This document shows positions 23,148-35,890 of a stretch of DNA of 64,000 nt, in pieces. The stretch lies in assembly GCA_048013815.1 (NCBI GenBank), contig CM106586.1, forward strand, positions 20,336,001 through 20,400,000, given 5' to 3'. The stretch is from Setoptus koraiensis (lineage: Eukaryota > Animalia > Arthropoda). The first letter of the stretch is position 1; every line of letters starts with the position of its first letter. The notes beneath the pieces were generated by a model. That model worked only from the letters and a program-made list of their open reading frames with translations, was not told the origin of the DNA and did no database searches. Both the position numbers and the translations under genes were made by a program.

Positions 23148-25057
23148 CGGCCGATTCTAATTAACTTTGTTACGTTTTTTGTGCGCTGGCAACAATTGGC
23201 TGGCCGGCCGGCCGGCCGGTCGCGAAACGTCAAACGGGCAACAGGTTGTTGTCACGCCTCGTATTGTGATTCATTATGTTGGCCGTGCGTGTTGGGGTGC
23301 CGTGGTCTGCCGACTGGAAGCTGCTGGGCACGCCAAGTTAGCGCCACTTGGCTGGCAACAATTTGCGACTCTGCACAACAAACTGCATGCAACTCTCAAT
23401 GAGATTGCTCAGACGGCCAGAGATAAAATAGTTAATTAATTTGTGCGCAATTAATTTGCATATAACGCGCACGGCCGCCGACCGCCGAGTCCATGGTCAG
23501 CCGAGCGCCACCCATGGCAGCACAAATGGGCGCTGCTAATCGCTAATTAAGAAGCGTCTAGACGCCTCATTCACGCTTCTTGTTGTTGCGCATCACCTTG
23601 CGAGCTGCCGCCGTTGCATAACTTATTATAACTTTTATTATTGCGCAATTGGCTGCTGCGTTATGCAACTGCCGGTGTGTGTGTGTGTGTGTGTGTGTGT
23701 GTTGCGCAACCGCTTGTGTAGCCGGCCGCTAATTTAATTTGGCGCGCTTTATCGCCGCCGAGCCGCTATTTGCCGGTCAGTCGGGCCGGTGGCGGGTCGT
23801 TTGGTCGTTAGTTGCTCGTCACAGGCGCCAGTTGCCACAAGGCAAACTCAAACAAACGGCAAACGGCCCATCTGTAACACTGTTACAGTAACAGTGACGG
23901 CCGCTAGTCGCTTCAATCAATTATTATCGCTGTTGCGCAATTCATAAATATAATTATATTCGCATACGCAACAGGTAACGCATCGCGGCCCGATCGCCAT
24001 TAGTCGTCGTCAACCGTTCACGCCCACCGGCTGTCGCTGGCGAGCTGTCGCTGGCGAGCTCACCTGAGTGTTACCTGAGTTTTCTGGCCGGTGGTCGTTG
24101 GCTGCAGCGCGTGCCCCCTTGCGTTTGACGGCGACAACATCCCATCGCCCATTGGCCGGCCGCCAATGGGCTCACTGGCGCGTTGCGCAACTTTTATCGA
24201 CAGTAAAATTCAAATTATGGCACTCATACTCAGAGATGAGACTCATAGAGAAAAGTGATTAGTGAAAGCAGCCACTTCCGGTGCTTGCGCAATTCATTCA
24301 CGCCACTCATAGGCTCGTTATTTTCACTATAACAGCGCACGGCGGCTCCCTTGTAAGGGCTGCAATCACCGTGGCCACCACTGGCGGCCAGCTGATTGTT
24401 GGCCGCGGTCGGCTTGCGCTCACCCGTGAGCCGGCCAATTTGGGCGCCGGCACCTGTTGCTGTGTGGCGGACAAGTCTCGCCCGGTGCCGCTGTTAATTG
24501 GACAACGACAACAGCGACAACAACGACTGAAACAACTACAACAACGACGGCAACAACGACGACAACAACAAGTTTGCCGCTTGCCGCCCATCGTCGCAGC
24601 AGATATGATAGAGGAATTATTACTGGGCGGCAATTATTAATTACCATTATCGGCCTGGTTTAATCACCATTATCATTGCGCCATTATTATAGGACTCGAG
24701 GCTGCAGCTCGAACGCTGACACTGTGATACTCCGGCATTCTGATGCTTCGGTATTTCGGTATTTCGACGGCCGGCCAGAGCCCAACATGACGATAACGAT
24801 GGGACAAATGACGACGGCCGCGCGATGGCAAAGGCGATTTAATTACATTGTAATTAGTTACTATTATTGCGTCGAGACACAAGCTAATGGTGATTCGCAG
24901 CAAACAATATGCAAACTAGCGCCCAACGCTGAATTGGTGTTGCCTGGCTGCAATTGGCCTGGCTGCAGCCAGTAATTGGTCGCATAATCAACGGCTGCAG
25001 CGTGCCGACTCGCCGTGGATCGGATATTCGAATCGGATTTGAATCGACTGGCAGCAC

Positions 25058-25130
25058 CACAACAACGTATCACAACAACGTATCACAACAACGTATCACA
25101 ACAACGTATCACAACAACGTATCACAACAA
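25058..25130. repeat. Perfect 13-bp tandem repeat CACAACAACGTAT, 5.6 copies
   Basis: Identical units start at 25058, 25071, 25084, 25097, 25110; partial unit at 25123. Confidence 0.95.
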
Positions 25131-28100
25131 AAGGTGCTTGTTGTTGCTGGCGGCGGCCGCCAACAATTGACTTCCGTCCGGCGGAGCGTCGATGAAATCG
25201 ATCTGGTGCGCATCGCTCGTCATCGGCTTGCCAGTGGGGGCGCGCCCGATCCATTTCATCGACGCTCACACCGCTTCCCGTCCGGTGGACCTCGGGACGG
25301 GCCGGCCCGGCGACAGTGACCGTTGTGGCCCGGCGAGTCAGCTGACGACACACACTGTGACGACAGCTTGTGTCGATATCGGCCGATGTCGACCATATCG
25401 ATTATTGCGATTATATCGACTAGATCGACTAGATCGACCTTATGAGTGGATCGATATTATGAGTCAGATGCCCGTGAGTCAGGTTCGCGCCGCAGCGGCC
25501 GTTTCGCTTCGCGTCGGAATTTCGGCCGAAGCGACGCCGAGCGGCCGGACGGGCATTCGGCATTCCGAGACGCAAATTCGACATTCTGGGGCACAATTCG
25601 AACACTCGAACGCATGCGTGAGCATAAATGCATTGTTGTGTATCTGTTGCGCAGATCTGTGGTCGGCCGAGGCGAGTTGTCGCTGGCAAGTTGCCACTGA
25701 CAACTCGCCGGCCGCTCACTGGTCAGCGGCGCTGCGAATATTCGCGAATATTGCGCGAACGTTTCGCGAATGTTTCGCGAATATTTGGCGCAGTTACCTG
25801 GCGAGCGGCGAGACGCGCGCACAGGCCGACAAAAGATGCGGCCGCCGCCGGTAAGTGATTTACATAATTGAGACCTCTGGCCACTTGACGGCCGTTGACT
25901 GCGCCAAACAAACCAATGACATCAGATGGCAATCTGGTGGCCGTCTATCTCAATCTCGGATCTACACAAACGCGCTCTATACACAAAGTATGGTTCACAT
26001 GGTGCCCTCTATCTGACACATCTAGCCACCTTGTTTGCGCTTGTTGTTTGCGTGTTGTTGTTACATTTGTGTTTGTTGTTATTTCTGGCCAAAGTGGCCG
26101 AATGACAAGCGACCCGGCTGACCGACCGCTCCAGCTGACAGCCACTGTCAGCCCGAGCGCTGCCGTGCGATGCCCGATGGTGCCCGACGATGCCCGATGA
26201 TGGACGCGCCGGCATTTAAATTAATGCATTTATGCATTCGCACACAATTATACCCGAAAAAAACAGTTGTGTACATGCAAACAAAATACACAAATGTACA
26301 ATTTATCCGCATACGCGCCGCACGCTAAATCGAGTGCGCCGGCCGGTGAGATCGGGCGACCAGATTGTGCCGATGGAGCCGATTGAGATGTCAGATGCGC
26401 GTCGTCGTCGGCGGCGGCGTCGGGCAACAATCGCCGGCATATCGCACGCCGCATGCCTCGTCGCGCCCGTCCGACGTGCCGGGCCACAGCGGCACGCATG
26501 CGGCTCCCGTCGGACGCGCCGGGCGCGTTCGCTGTTGGCGCGGAATGCCGCTTCGACGCCACGGAGGCATCATCGCGCCCGTCAATTGTTGGCAATTCGC
26601 GATGCCGTTCACTTATTAGATTATCTCGAGCGCTATCTCGGGCCCTCGCATCGTGCAACTCTTATAGCGCCCGCCAGTTCATTACGCCAATTGTTGTTTG
26701 CCCGTGGCGCCCGCAAACAACAATTGCGCCCCGCTCGGACGCTCGTTATGCCGCTCGTTGTTTATAGCAACCGGACACGCTGCTATAGGCCCCGATTGCC
26801 TATATTCATGGGTATATTTGCGATATTCATCAGTGCGTTTGGCATATTCATGGGCGCATTTGGCCTACTGATCGGCGCATTTGCCGTGCTCATGGGCGTA
26901 CATCAGCAATGGCGCAGTTGGCATGTTTGCGATGCGCCACCAGATAAAATCTCGTGCCGGCCCGGCCGATTCAAATTGGGCCGCGCCGGCGGAGCCGATG
27001 CAATAATTGCCAATAACAATTTGTCGGCTCGCGTCCGCGCCACGCCGCCCCGTCGACTGACAAATTGTTGAGCGGCGGCGCGGCTACCGTTTCGCTCCAG
27101 TTTCGCAATTGTTGCCGCACAAGCCGAATCGACCCGCACAAGCGACATCGACCCGCACAAATCGGGCGGCTGCCCGCGTCGGCGAGCGGCCGGGCCAGCA
27201 GTGCGCCCGATTCGGACTCACTCTCCGGCGCCACTTGACCGCTCGGTCACTCAGCTGTGCGCGGGCCGGCCGGACAGTCGGCCAGTCGGCCACCGTCGCG
27301 AGCTGGCGCCGGCCAGAGTGAGCGACCGGCCTGATCCACCTGTTTGCACGTGACGCGTCGCCAGTGTGTCAGCTCGTGTCGGCGGGCAAGTCGGCCCGAT
27401 CGGCCAGATGAGATGCCCTGATACCCCGATCAGATCTAATCTAGCCGCTGGCCGCCGGCCGCTGGCCAGTGCCGCGAGTGCTGGCTGGCGCGCGAGCGCC
27501 CCCGACAGGACGAGAGCACAATTATCGGCAGCCGGGTCGCGTTTGTCGGCGGCAAGGTCGCGTTTGTCGGCGGCAGGGTCGCGTTTTTCGGCAGCCAGGT
27601 CGCGCATACCGGCAAACCGAGCTATCGGCAGCTCGAGCGGCGCGTCACCCGAGCCCGAGCCGTTACTCGCGTCGTAACTTGCGTCGAGCGCGCGATAAAA
27701 TCACCAGCCTTTGTGAAATACTGCAAAATGCCGCTTTTCGGGCTCGACACACTCCGGCCAACTTGTTGCTGACCGGTCGCGTCTGACCAGTCGCGCCTGA
27801 CCGGTCGTTTCTGGCCGGTTGCTGGCCCCAAATCGCACAGGTGAGCTCGGGTGGCGCCCTCTGGGCGGCGGACGGGCGATGCGAGCGACCGACGGACGAC
27901 GGGCGAGGCGAGCGGCCGGCAGCGGGCGGGTTGACAACGGCGACTAATTAGCGAGCGACCACGAGTTGTCAGTTTGGTTTTAGTTGGGTCAGTTGCGAGC
28001 GCACCCTGGCGCTGGCCGGCGCGCACTGCATTAGTTGAGACATTGATTATGCACCTATTCATTGATATCGGTGGCCGGCAGATGGTGGCCGGGCCGGCTC

Positions 28101-29718
28101 GCGCGTATCAGCGCGTATCAGCTGCCGTCAGCTGTCAGCGGCGCATTGAGACTGGCTCGCAATTATGCGAGCAGGCGAATAAAGTTTGCAAATAAACAAC
28201 AAAAAACGACCAGCACCGGGGCACCTACGGCCTACCCTATAGCGGCCGCGGGACACAACTTGTATAAATAAATGTGTTCGTAGTGGCGACAATGTATGCA
28301 GCTTCCTGGCGCGATGACAGCGCCGCCGAGTGTGACGCTGGCGACGTCGTCTTATCAGCAGTAATTATCTTATCAATTTGGATTTTGATCGCTCGATTTT
28401 GGTCGGGACGCTCGTGCTGCTTGCACGTTGTCGGCGCGCCGTGGCCGACGCTGCCCGACGCTGCCCGACACTGTGAGCCGGCCCGGCCCGAGCGACCAAA
28501 GCGACCCGAGCGACCCGAGCGACCCGAGCGACCCGAGCGCCCAAAACAACCGACAATCCAATCAGACAATTTAATGTCAACGTTATAGGTGCGCACTCAA
28601 TGAGCGCGACAGTGACACGAGTTGCACCAATTGTGTCACCGGCCGACCTGTCAGCGCCATAGGCGAGCCCAGCAAACGAGACAAGGGCCAACGAGGGCCA
28701 AATAAGGGCAAACATAAAGCAGATTAAATGCACAGTGTACACGACAGCGATGACAGATCTGGCCCAAATCATTATCTTCATTAAGCCTTGTTAGCGACAA
28801 CGGCGACAACAACTGCACGTGAAAGCTGCACGTTAGATTTAATCAGCAGCGGACATGTCACTTAATCGCCGTTTGTTTGCCTGTTTGGCCGCTCGCACTG
28901 CGCCGCTGCCCAACGCTGTCGCTGTCCCCCTCGCGTCGGCCAAGATAAACATCTCGCCTGCCCCCTCTGGCCTCGTCGGGTCGCTGTCGGGTCGCTGTCG
29001 GGCGAGCCTGAGCCGCGACCATGCAGCATCTCTCACTACGCTGACCGGCGGATATTCGCGTCCATTGTCGCGCACACAGCCGAACGTGAGAGCGCGCCGC
29101 GCAAATTGTTTCCAATTGCGCGCTTTCCAGTTACGCGAAAATTGTTTCCAATTGCGCCATTTCCAATCGCGGGCGCGTACGGGCCGGCCCGGTGCCAGCG
29201 GCACCCGCCACGCGATTGGTGCGCAGTGCGCAGCATCAGCACAGTTACGTACAAGTATAAGTATAAGTATAAGTGAGCAAGTCATAAGTAAGTTATGCAA
29301 TGTGTGCGAGCCGCCCGAGCGACTCGCCGGGATAAATAAAGCGGCATAAATAAAGTGGCATAAATAAAGTGGCATAAATAACACACTCAACAGATAAATA
29401 GCTCGCCATTGCAACTGCTCGGCAGTGTTGCGCTCAACAGCGACTCAACAGTTTGCAGTTTGCAGTGGCCAATTGTAATTGTGTCAGCGGCGCGAAGAAT
29501 GGCCAGAGAATCATCAATTGCCGGCTACCTGCTAATTGAACTAATGAAGACGCCACCAACCGCCTGTTGATTCGTTCTCTCAAAAGTCAAGTGTCTGCCA
29601 TGATAATTGAAGCAACACCGGCCCTTGGCCAGCTATTGCCACCACAGACTGCGCCATAAAGCGCCCGTCATGCATCACCTGGTGCTGTTGTTGTTGCCGT
29701 TGTTGTTGTTGCTGCTGC

Positions 29719-29749
<31 letters not shown>

Positions 29750-32700
29750 GCTGCTGCTGTTGTTGTCGTTGTTGCGAGTGTTGCTGCTGTGAGTAATGTT
29801 GTTGTTGCGGCCACTTGTTGCCGTCTCACAGGCCCCGGCAAGTTGCGTCCCGACACACACAACAGCACACGACAGCACACAACAACGCTCAACAACGCTC
29901 AACAACACACATACAACAGGTTGCAGTGCCGAGACGGACTACCTGAGGTGCGCGCTCCATTATAGTGCATGCCGGGTGTTGCACAATGTTACACACAGTG
30001 TTATATAATGTTGTATAATGTTATGTAATGTTGTGTGCGCATCTCATTGTGTATACATATCAATCATGGGCCATATTCCACTGCCGCCATTAACACCATT
30101 AGTTTTGGCGGTTTTATTGAGCCTGCAAAGAGATGATTAATACCTGTATTGTTGCACAACAATGCGGCCTGTATTAATTCATCATACACACGCCGCGGCG
30201 CGTTACATAACAGCGCGGCGCAGCGTCTTGTTGCCGGCCGACACCACCACCAACAACAGCCACAGCAACAACAGCCGCGGCGACTGCAGCAACAGCAACA
30301 ACAGCAACAACAACAGCAAGAATGCCAACAGTTGGCTCGAGTTTTCACGCCAGGAATGCCAGTTCAAGTTCGCTGTTGCCGGCGCTCGGCCGCTCGCAAA
30401 CCGGCCAGCGCCGAGGCGCCCTTCGAAGCGGCGCTCGAGCGCCCGTCGAAGCAGCGGGCTTCGCTCCATTGTTTTAGCCGGCGGTTGTGGCAGCTTGCGA
30501 GTTAAGCACCTGACAAAAAGCAATTGCACTGTCGGCCGTTCGGTTTATAGCTTCCACTGGCAGGCCCGGCCACTCACGCCGACCGCTCCGGCCGGGTAAA
30601 ACGACTCGCAACTTTGTTGCCAACTTCAGGCGCTCTAATGGGTCCGGCCCGACAAACGAGCGCCAGCATCTGGCGCTTATAGGCGGCTCGCAAGGCCGCT
30701 CGTATTCACGCTTGCATGTACCCTTGCACGTTTGCATGTTGGCTGAGCCGGTTTTATGCGGCTCAGCCGGGTTCTCGGGACAATCTGTGACAGGACGGCC
30801 GGTGTGCTTAATGACACTCGATCACGACTCGCGAGCAACACACGGCGCTAATTAATTATCATTTGTCTTCTTTTGCACCGACAATTGGCGCAAACGCTGG
30901 CCCAATGGGCAGCGTTTTTTACCTTTCTCATGGGCTCACTAACTCAATAACTCATCAAATTGGGCTGGTGAGTGGCAAAAGTAAAAGCGGCGATTTTCAG
31001 CAGCGATGCTCAGATAACGATATTTCACCGCGGCCAATGTTTACCTTTCTGTTGCGGCCGAGCAATCTGTTTGGCGTCTGTTGTGGCTCGTGGAAGCCGC
31101 CCAAACAACAACCGCGTCACTTACATAATTGCCATTAGCCACACCACCGGCTATTTACTTTGGGGCTCCGCGCTCGCCGGCCACCACTGACCAGGTGATT
31201 ATTGGTCGGCTCGTGCGCGGCAAATCGTGGCACGCAATTGCCTTCATTACATTGTATTTTATTTATTTATTTTTGCCCTATTTTTAGCTTATTTATGCCA
31301 ACGATTTCATCCAATCTGATCGATTCCATTCTGACTCTAACACACACACACACACACACACAAAATGCGAAATGCTAACAACGAACCGTGGCCAACCGAT
31401 AATGAGCGTGCCAGAATCAGTGTGAAATTGATTGAGTGTCGGTGTTTTTGTGCATACGCACACCGGTATGCGATCATTAACGATTGATAATTAATCATGC
31501 ATTGTTAATGATTAATCATCGGTTAAGATGACCAGCCAAACACGCGCTGCCACGCTGACTCACCGTGCTAACTAGCGGGCCCGCGAGCTGCCCACTCCAT
31601 CGACGTGTCGACTTTGTTTCCATCGTCGGCTACATCCACGTCGGTGCTGCTACTCGATTTGCATATAGCGGTAGCCAATAACATGTGTATATACCAATAT
31701 ATATATATTAGTATGCCGTATTATGTATATATTACATGCATTATATGTATTGTTGGCGACTCGCACACGTCGCTCGACAGCCCTACAGGTGGCCGCCAAT
31801 CACAACAACATTGTTGGCAACAGTTATTGAGACAGTTGATGCTGACGGGTCAGTTGTTGTCCGACAACAATTCTCTCGTGAGGCGTCGTCAACGCCACTG
31901 ACCAGTGCCGAGTGCAGCGAAACTAAAAATACACATGTAGTAATACTACATGTATTTTTTGTGAGAGAATCAGAAAAGAAGAATCTATCCCAATTGTAAT
32001 TCTTCTTTTCTAATTCACTCACAACTCACTGTTGTGGCGATTGTTGTTGTGCTTTTGGCGAGCCCGATGTATCCGTTTCACACAAGTCGCTTGCACCTGA
32101 CATCATCAACAACAACGGTTGTGTCATGTTGCAATGGTGCAACGTTCATTGGCGCAACCGGCTAACTCGGCTAATAAGTAACTGACTTTAGTTACATAAA
32201 CAAGGTGCTGATGTTTATCGAAGCTCCACTCCGCTGCCAATTACACTCTCCGCTGGCCATACAATCCATTAGTTGTGGTCAGTTAGTTGTGGTCAGTTAG
32301 TTGTGCAGCGAATGCAATGAGCGATTCATTGGGCCAGCAAACAATAACAAATGGTGCTTGTGAGGCGGCGGTGTCTTTTGCTGGCACCAACAACCACACG
32401 AAAACATTTATATATATAATGGCATGATCATGAGGCAATGTAAATTGATTTCTCTTATTTCTATTAATCGTTATTGTTGATGGTGATCCATTTATTTAAC
32501 TTGATTTCGCTCTTCTCCAATGGTTCCAATGGTTTCAATGCTTCCAATGCTTCCAACGCTTGGCCCGCACTACTCTAAATTGCTCACAATCATCATCATC
32601 ATCATCATCATGCCGAGATTCATCAAGGTGCTGGCTGGCCGACTCTCAATAGGTTGCTGTTGGCTGTGGTCCGATGTAGCAAGGTGTGAGCACGACCTTT

Positions 32701-33591
32701 GAAGTGATGCGACCTGGCAGACGAGAGAGAGCCAGAGAAAACCGCTTCTTCATTGGCTTCTTTTTCGCCAGCTCACACAAACAAGCAAACTTATCCACTA
32801 GATGCGATGCCAGTGGTAGTGTGTTATGAATATATGTATATTTTCGGTGTGTTTGCAGCAGTGTTTGTAGTTGCTGTATATTAGATTAAACTATTAATTG
32901 TTGTTGCCGTGCTTACTTATCACACTCATGACCATGAACAACAACAGCAACAACAACAAGCGAGCAAACATTCCTAACAGCCTCATTTTTTTATGTAGCG
33001 CTTTGTATATATAGATCGCAAAAGAACAGCACCTCTCAACAGGTGATGATTGTGGTGCATCATCTGTTCAACATTTATTATTTGAGCAACAACAACTAAC
33101 AACTAACTCAATAACTTTAACGATGTTCCCTGTTAATCAGATCTCTCTTGCGAATTGGCTAACAAAACCAAATGATTGACCAAATTGATTGTTATTATTA
33201 TTATGTAATATAACTGAGCTGTTTGTGTGGCCATTGGCGCGCTAGTGGCAGTAATTGATCATCATAATCTTGTAAAATTCAGCCAGCTTTACATCAGTCA
33301 GCTCAGACCGGTAGGTGAGAGGTGATGTGATCAGTGAGCAGCGATCGATCTGATAATGTGATCAATCTTTCACCATTTTCAACTGCCGACATATCAGCGC
33401 CCTAGTTGGCGCATCAATCATGCCATCATCATACTGCGTGCGGTCATCACGAGCTCATTCCACAATAATCTAAACATATACACTCAAGTTGTAAACACCA
33501 CGCAATACAAATCAATGATTTTGTTGTTAGTTGAGCCCACCCAATCACTTGTTTGCTCTTCGAAAGCTCTAGTTTAGTTGGTGCCACCCAA

Positions 33592-34863
33592 TCATGAAGC
33601 CTCGCCATAGTTCTTCTTCAACAGAATAACGTCGGGCAATCTATCGCCCTGGTCCTCTTGGTAGCCATCGAATTCGGCATTGTTTAGATTGGCGTTAGCT
33701 AAATCAAAGCCCAGAACTGTATCGCCTGGATGCAGTAGGTTGCCCAAGTGTGTTTTGCAATGTATCTGATGATCACTCTCTCCCAATTCACTAGTCTTAA
33801 CTATCCAAACGTCTGCCAGAGCGTACTTTCCGCCGCCATCGGTGTCCGCTTCGGCCGATTTATCCATGACAGACTTATCTGAGCATTCACTTTCCATCAC
33901 CATGTACTCAGTGAGTTTCTTTGAGCTAGTTATAGGCACGAACGGATATCTAAAGAATATTGTGGCATTCATTTCTGATGATTTCAACGTCGTTGGATTA
34001 ATAAGATAAATATTGTGTGTAACACGCGTACATATACACAATCTGCCTATGTTTCCCAGAGCGCGAGCTGTTGCTACTGGCAAACAAACAATGTCATCTT
34101 TACAAATGGGCACAATTTCGACAGCAAATGTATACTTGTAATTGTATACATTGGAGTGGGTGTCGTGTGATATGAGTTGTTGGCTTGGACTATAGCGGCA
34201 CGGTATAACCTTTTGCACGTATTCAACAAATTTTCTGGCATCGTCAGTGCGATCAAAGAAGAAATCCATTCCCTCTCCAATTGGTTTTGTCTTGGTGCAA
34301 TTGAACAGGTGCAGAGTTTTAATGAGCAACTGCTCCAGGTATAATAATGTCTTCTTGTGGTGTGTGCGTTGTCTGACTTGCACTTTGGCCTTCCAAAAAT
34401 CTTTTGCCTCGATACGATGACACATATCGCACATTTGCCCGTTAACCACATACTCTACTTCAAACACTTGTCGCAGCATGTCGCCGCCAACGACTTCTTT
34501 TTGAATGGTCAGTTTAACTTTGATTCGACGAGAATGTGGCTCTGTCCAAATGAAGACAGCATCAACGAGTTCAACTTTGGTAAGATTTTTCAGTTTCTTT
34601 AGGCACAATGTCAACAATTCGTTGCTCTCCAGTTCGGCTTTGATCCATTTGCCCTGCTCCTGCTGGTAACGTTCGCAACTCTTACAAAAATAGACAACTG
34701 CCTGCTTTGGTATACCCTCAGTGATGTCCGTTTTGGCTCTCAAACATCCCACACACATATTTGACTGATTTGGCTCAATCAGAGTTCCGCACTGGCAGCA
34801 TAATATCTTGGCCAGAGTGCCGGTCGAGTCACTGGAAATTTCGTCTGGCGACATGTACTCCAT
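33592..34863 (-). CDS. NMD3: 60S ribosomal export adaptor NMD3, intronless, 423 aa (C-terminally short)
   Basis: N-terminal CCQCG...MCVGC, FCKSCERY, WTEPHSRRIKVKLTIQKE, QMCDMCHR, QQLISHDTHSNVYNYKYTFAVEIVPICKDD, HLGNLLHPGDTVLGFDL: NMD3 family signatures. Confidence 0.96.
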   Translation of the reverse strand: MEYMSPDEISSDSTGTLAKILCCQCGTLIEPNQSNMCVGCLRAKTDITEGIPKQAVVYFCKSCERYQQEQGKWIKAELESNELLTLCLKKLKNLTKVELVDAVFIWTEPHSRRIKVKLTIQKEVVGGDMLRQVFEVEYVVNGQMCDMCHRIEAKDFWKAKVQVRQRTHHKKTLLYLEQLLIKTLHLFNCTKTKPIGEGMDFFFDRTDDARKFVEYVQKVIPCRYSPSQQLISHDTHSNVYNYKYTFAVEIVPICKDDIVCLPVATARALGNIGRLCICTRVTHNIYLINPTTLKSSEMNATIFFRYPFVPITSSKKLTEYMVMESECSDKSVMDKSAEADTDGGGKYALADVWIVKTSELGESDHQIHCKTHLGNLLHPGDTVLGFDLANANLNNAEFDGYQEDQGDRLPDVILLKKNYGEAS

Positions 34864-35254
34864 GATGATGATATGATTATAGTCGTCGTATCGGTTTTGT
34901 AATTAAATTATGCAATTTATTATTGTAGTTAATATTAGTCAATTAATCAAGATGATTGGGCTAGCTTGGCTTTAAATATCCCCAAAGGCGAACGCATGTT
35001 TGCTTGTTTGTTTCCAAAATAACGTGGCTTCTAGTTTGATATTTTGAACTGCGCGAGATTCGAAAATTGTGAACATCAAGTTGTGAATACTAGATCGCCC
35101 TCTGGTGCAATAGTTTCACATTGATCGATAATGATAGATCGCAACAGCTGCTCAGAATTTTTTGTCATTATGTCGGTCAAGCTTTCACCACCCATTATCA
35201 AAGAGGAATATTATCCATTATCCCTATTATTATTATTTTATTATTATTTACACA

Positions 35255-35803
35255 ATGGTAAAAATATTTTTCATCGGCGTCCTTAAAAAGGAAGAAGATT
35301 CGGCCACAATTCTGAAGTCGGCGGCCGAACTATCATCGTTCGGCTTTTTCCAAAGAAATAGTATAGATGATTTTTTAAAATTCACCAGCAAAATGGTCAT
35401 TGGACGCATGGAACTGGCCACAAGGACGTCTGTTAAAGAGCAAAATTATATATGTCATGCCTACACCAAAGTGGACAATCTTGCCGTGGCCATCATCACA
35501 GATGAGGAATATCCCCCCAAGGTAGCCCACACGCTTACATTGCAAATACTTGAAGAATTCCCTCAAGTCAATCTAGAAGAGTATATGAAAAAGTATCAAG
35601 ATCCCAAAAATGCCGATGCAATTATGAGACTTCAAGCAGATTTAGAAGAGACCAAGATAATATTGCACAATTCTATTACAAATATATTAAAACGTGGAGA
35701 AAAGCTGGACGATTTAGTGGCCAAATCAGAAGACCTCAGCTCGCAAAGTAAATTATTTTACAAGACAGCTAGAAAGACCAATCAATGTTGTCAGTTGTTT
35801 TAA
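35255..35803 (+). CDS. YKT6: Longin R-SNARE YKT6, intronless, 182 aa
   Basis: LSSFGFFQR longin motif, DEEYP, RGEKLDDLVAKSEDLS SNARE motif, C-terminal CCQLF lipidation box; ATG 35255 (MVKIF) matches the family N-terminus better than the TTG at 35162. Confidence 0.95.
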   Translation: MVKIFFIGVLKKEEDSATILKSAAELSSFGFFQRNSIDDFLKFTSKMVIGRMELATRTSVKEQNYICHAYTKVDNLAVAIITDEEYPPKVAHTLTLQILEEFPQVNLEEYMKKYQDPKNADAIMRLQADLEETKIILHNSITNILKRGEKLDDLVAKSEDLSSQSKLFYKTARKTNQCCQLF

Positions 35804-35890
35804 ATTTAAATTTCAATCACCATCACCACATATATAGAGATAGAGTTTATATAATTAAACAATATACCAATTAAATTTTATTCAATTACC

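Noticed and set aside
7000-33000. Numerous 60-290-aa ORFs rich in R/A/P/G or polyQ/L/C/V/T outside the GATA exon
   Set aside because: Overlapping in several frames, derived from GC-rich or trinucleotide-repeat DNA, no recognisable domains.
35162-35254. 31-aa N-terminal extension of YKT6
   Set aside because: TTG start in AT-rich UTR-like sequence; family homology begins at ATG 35255.
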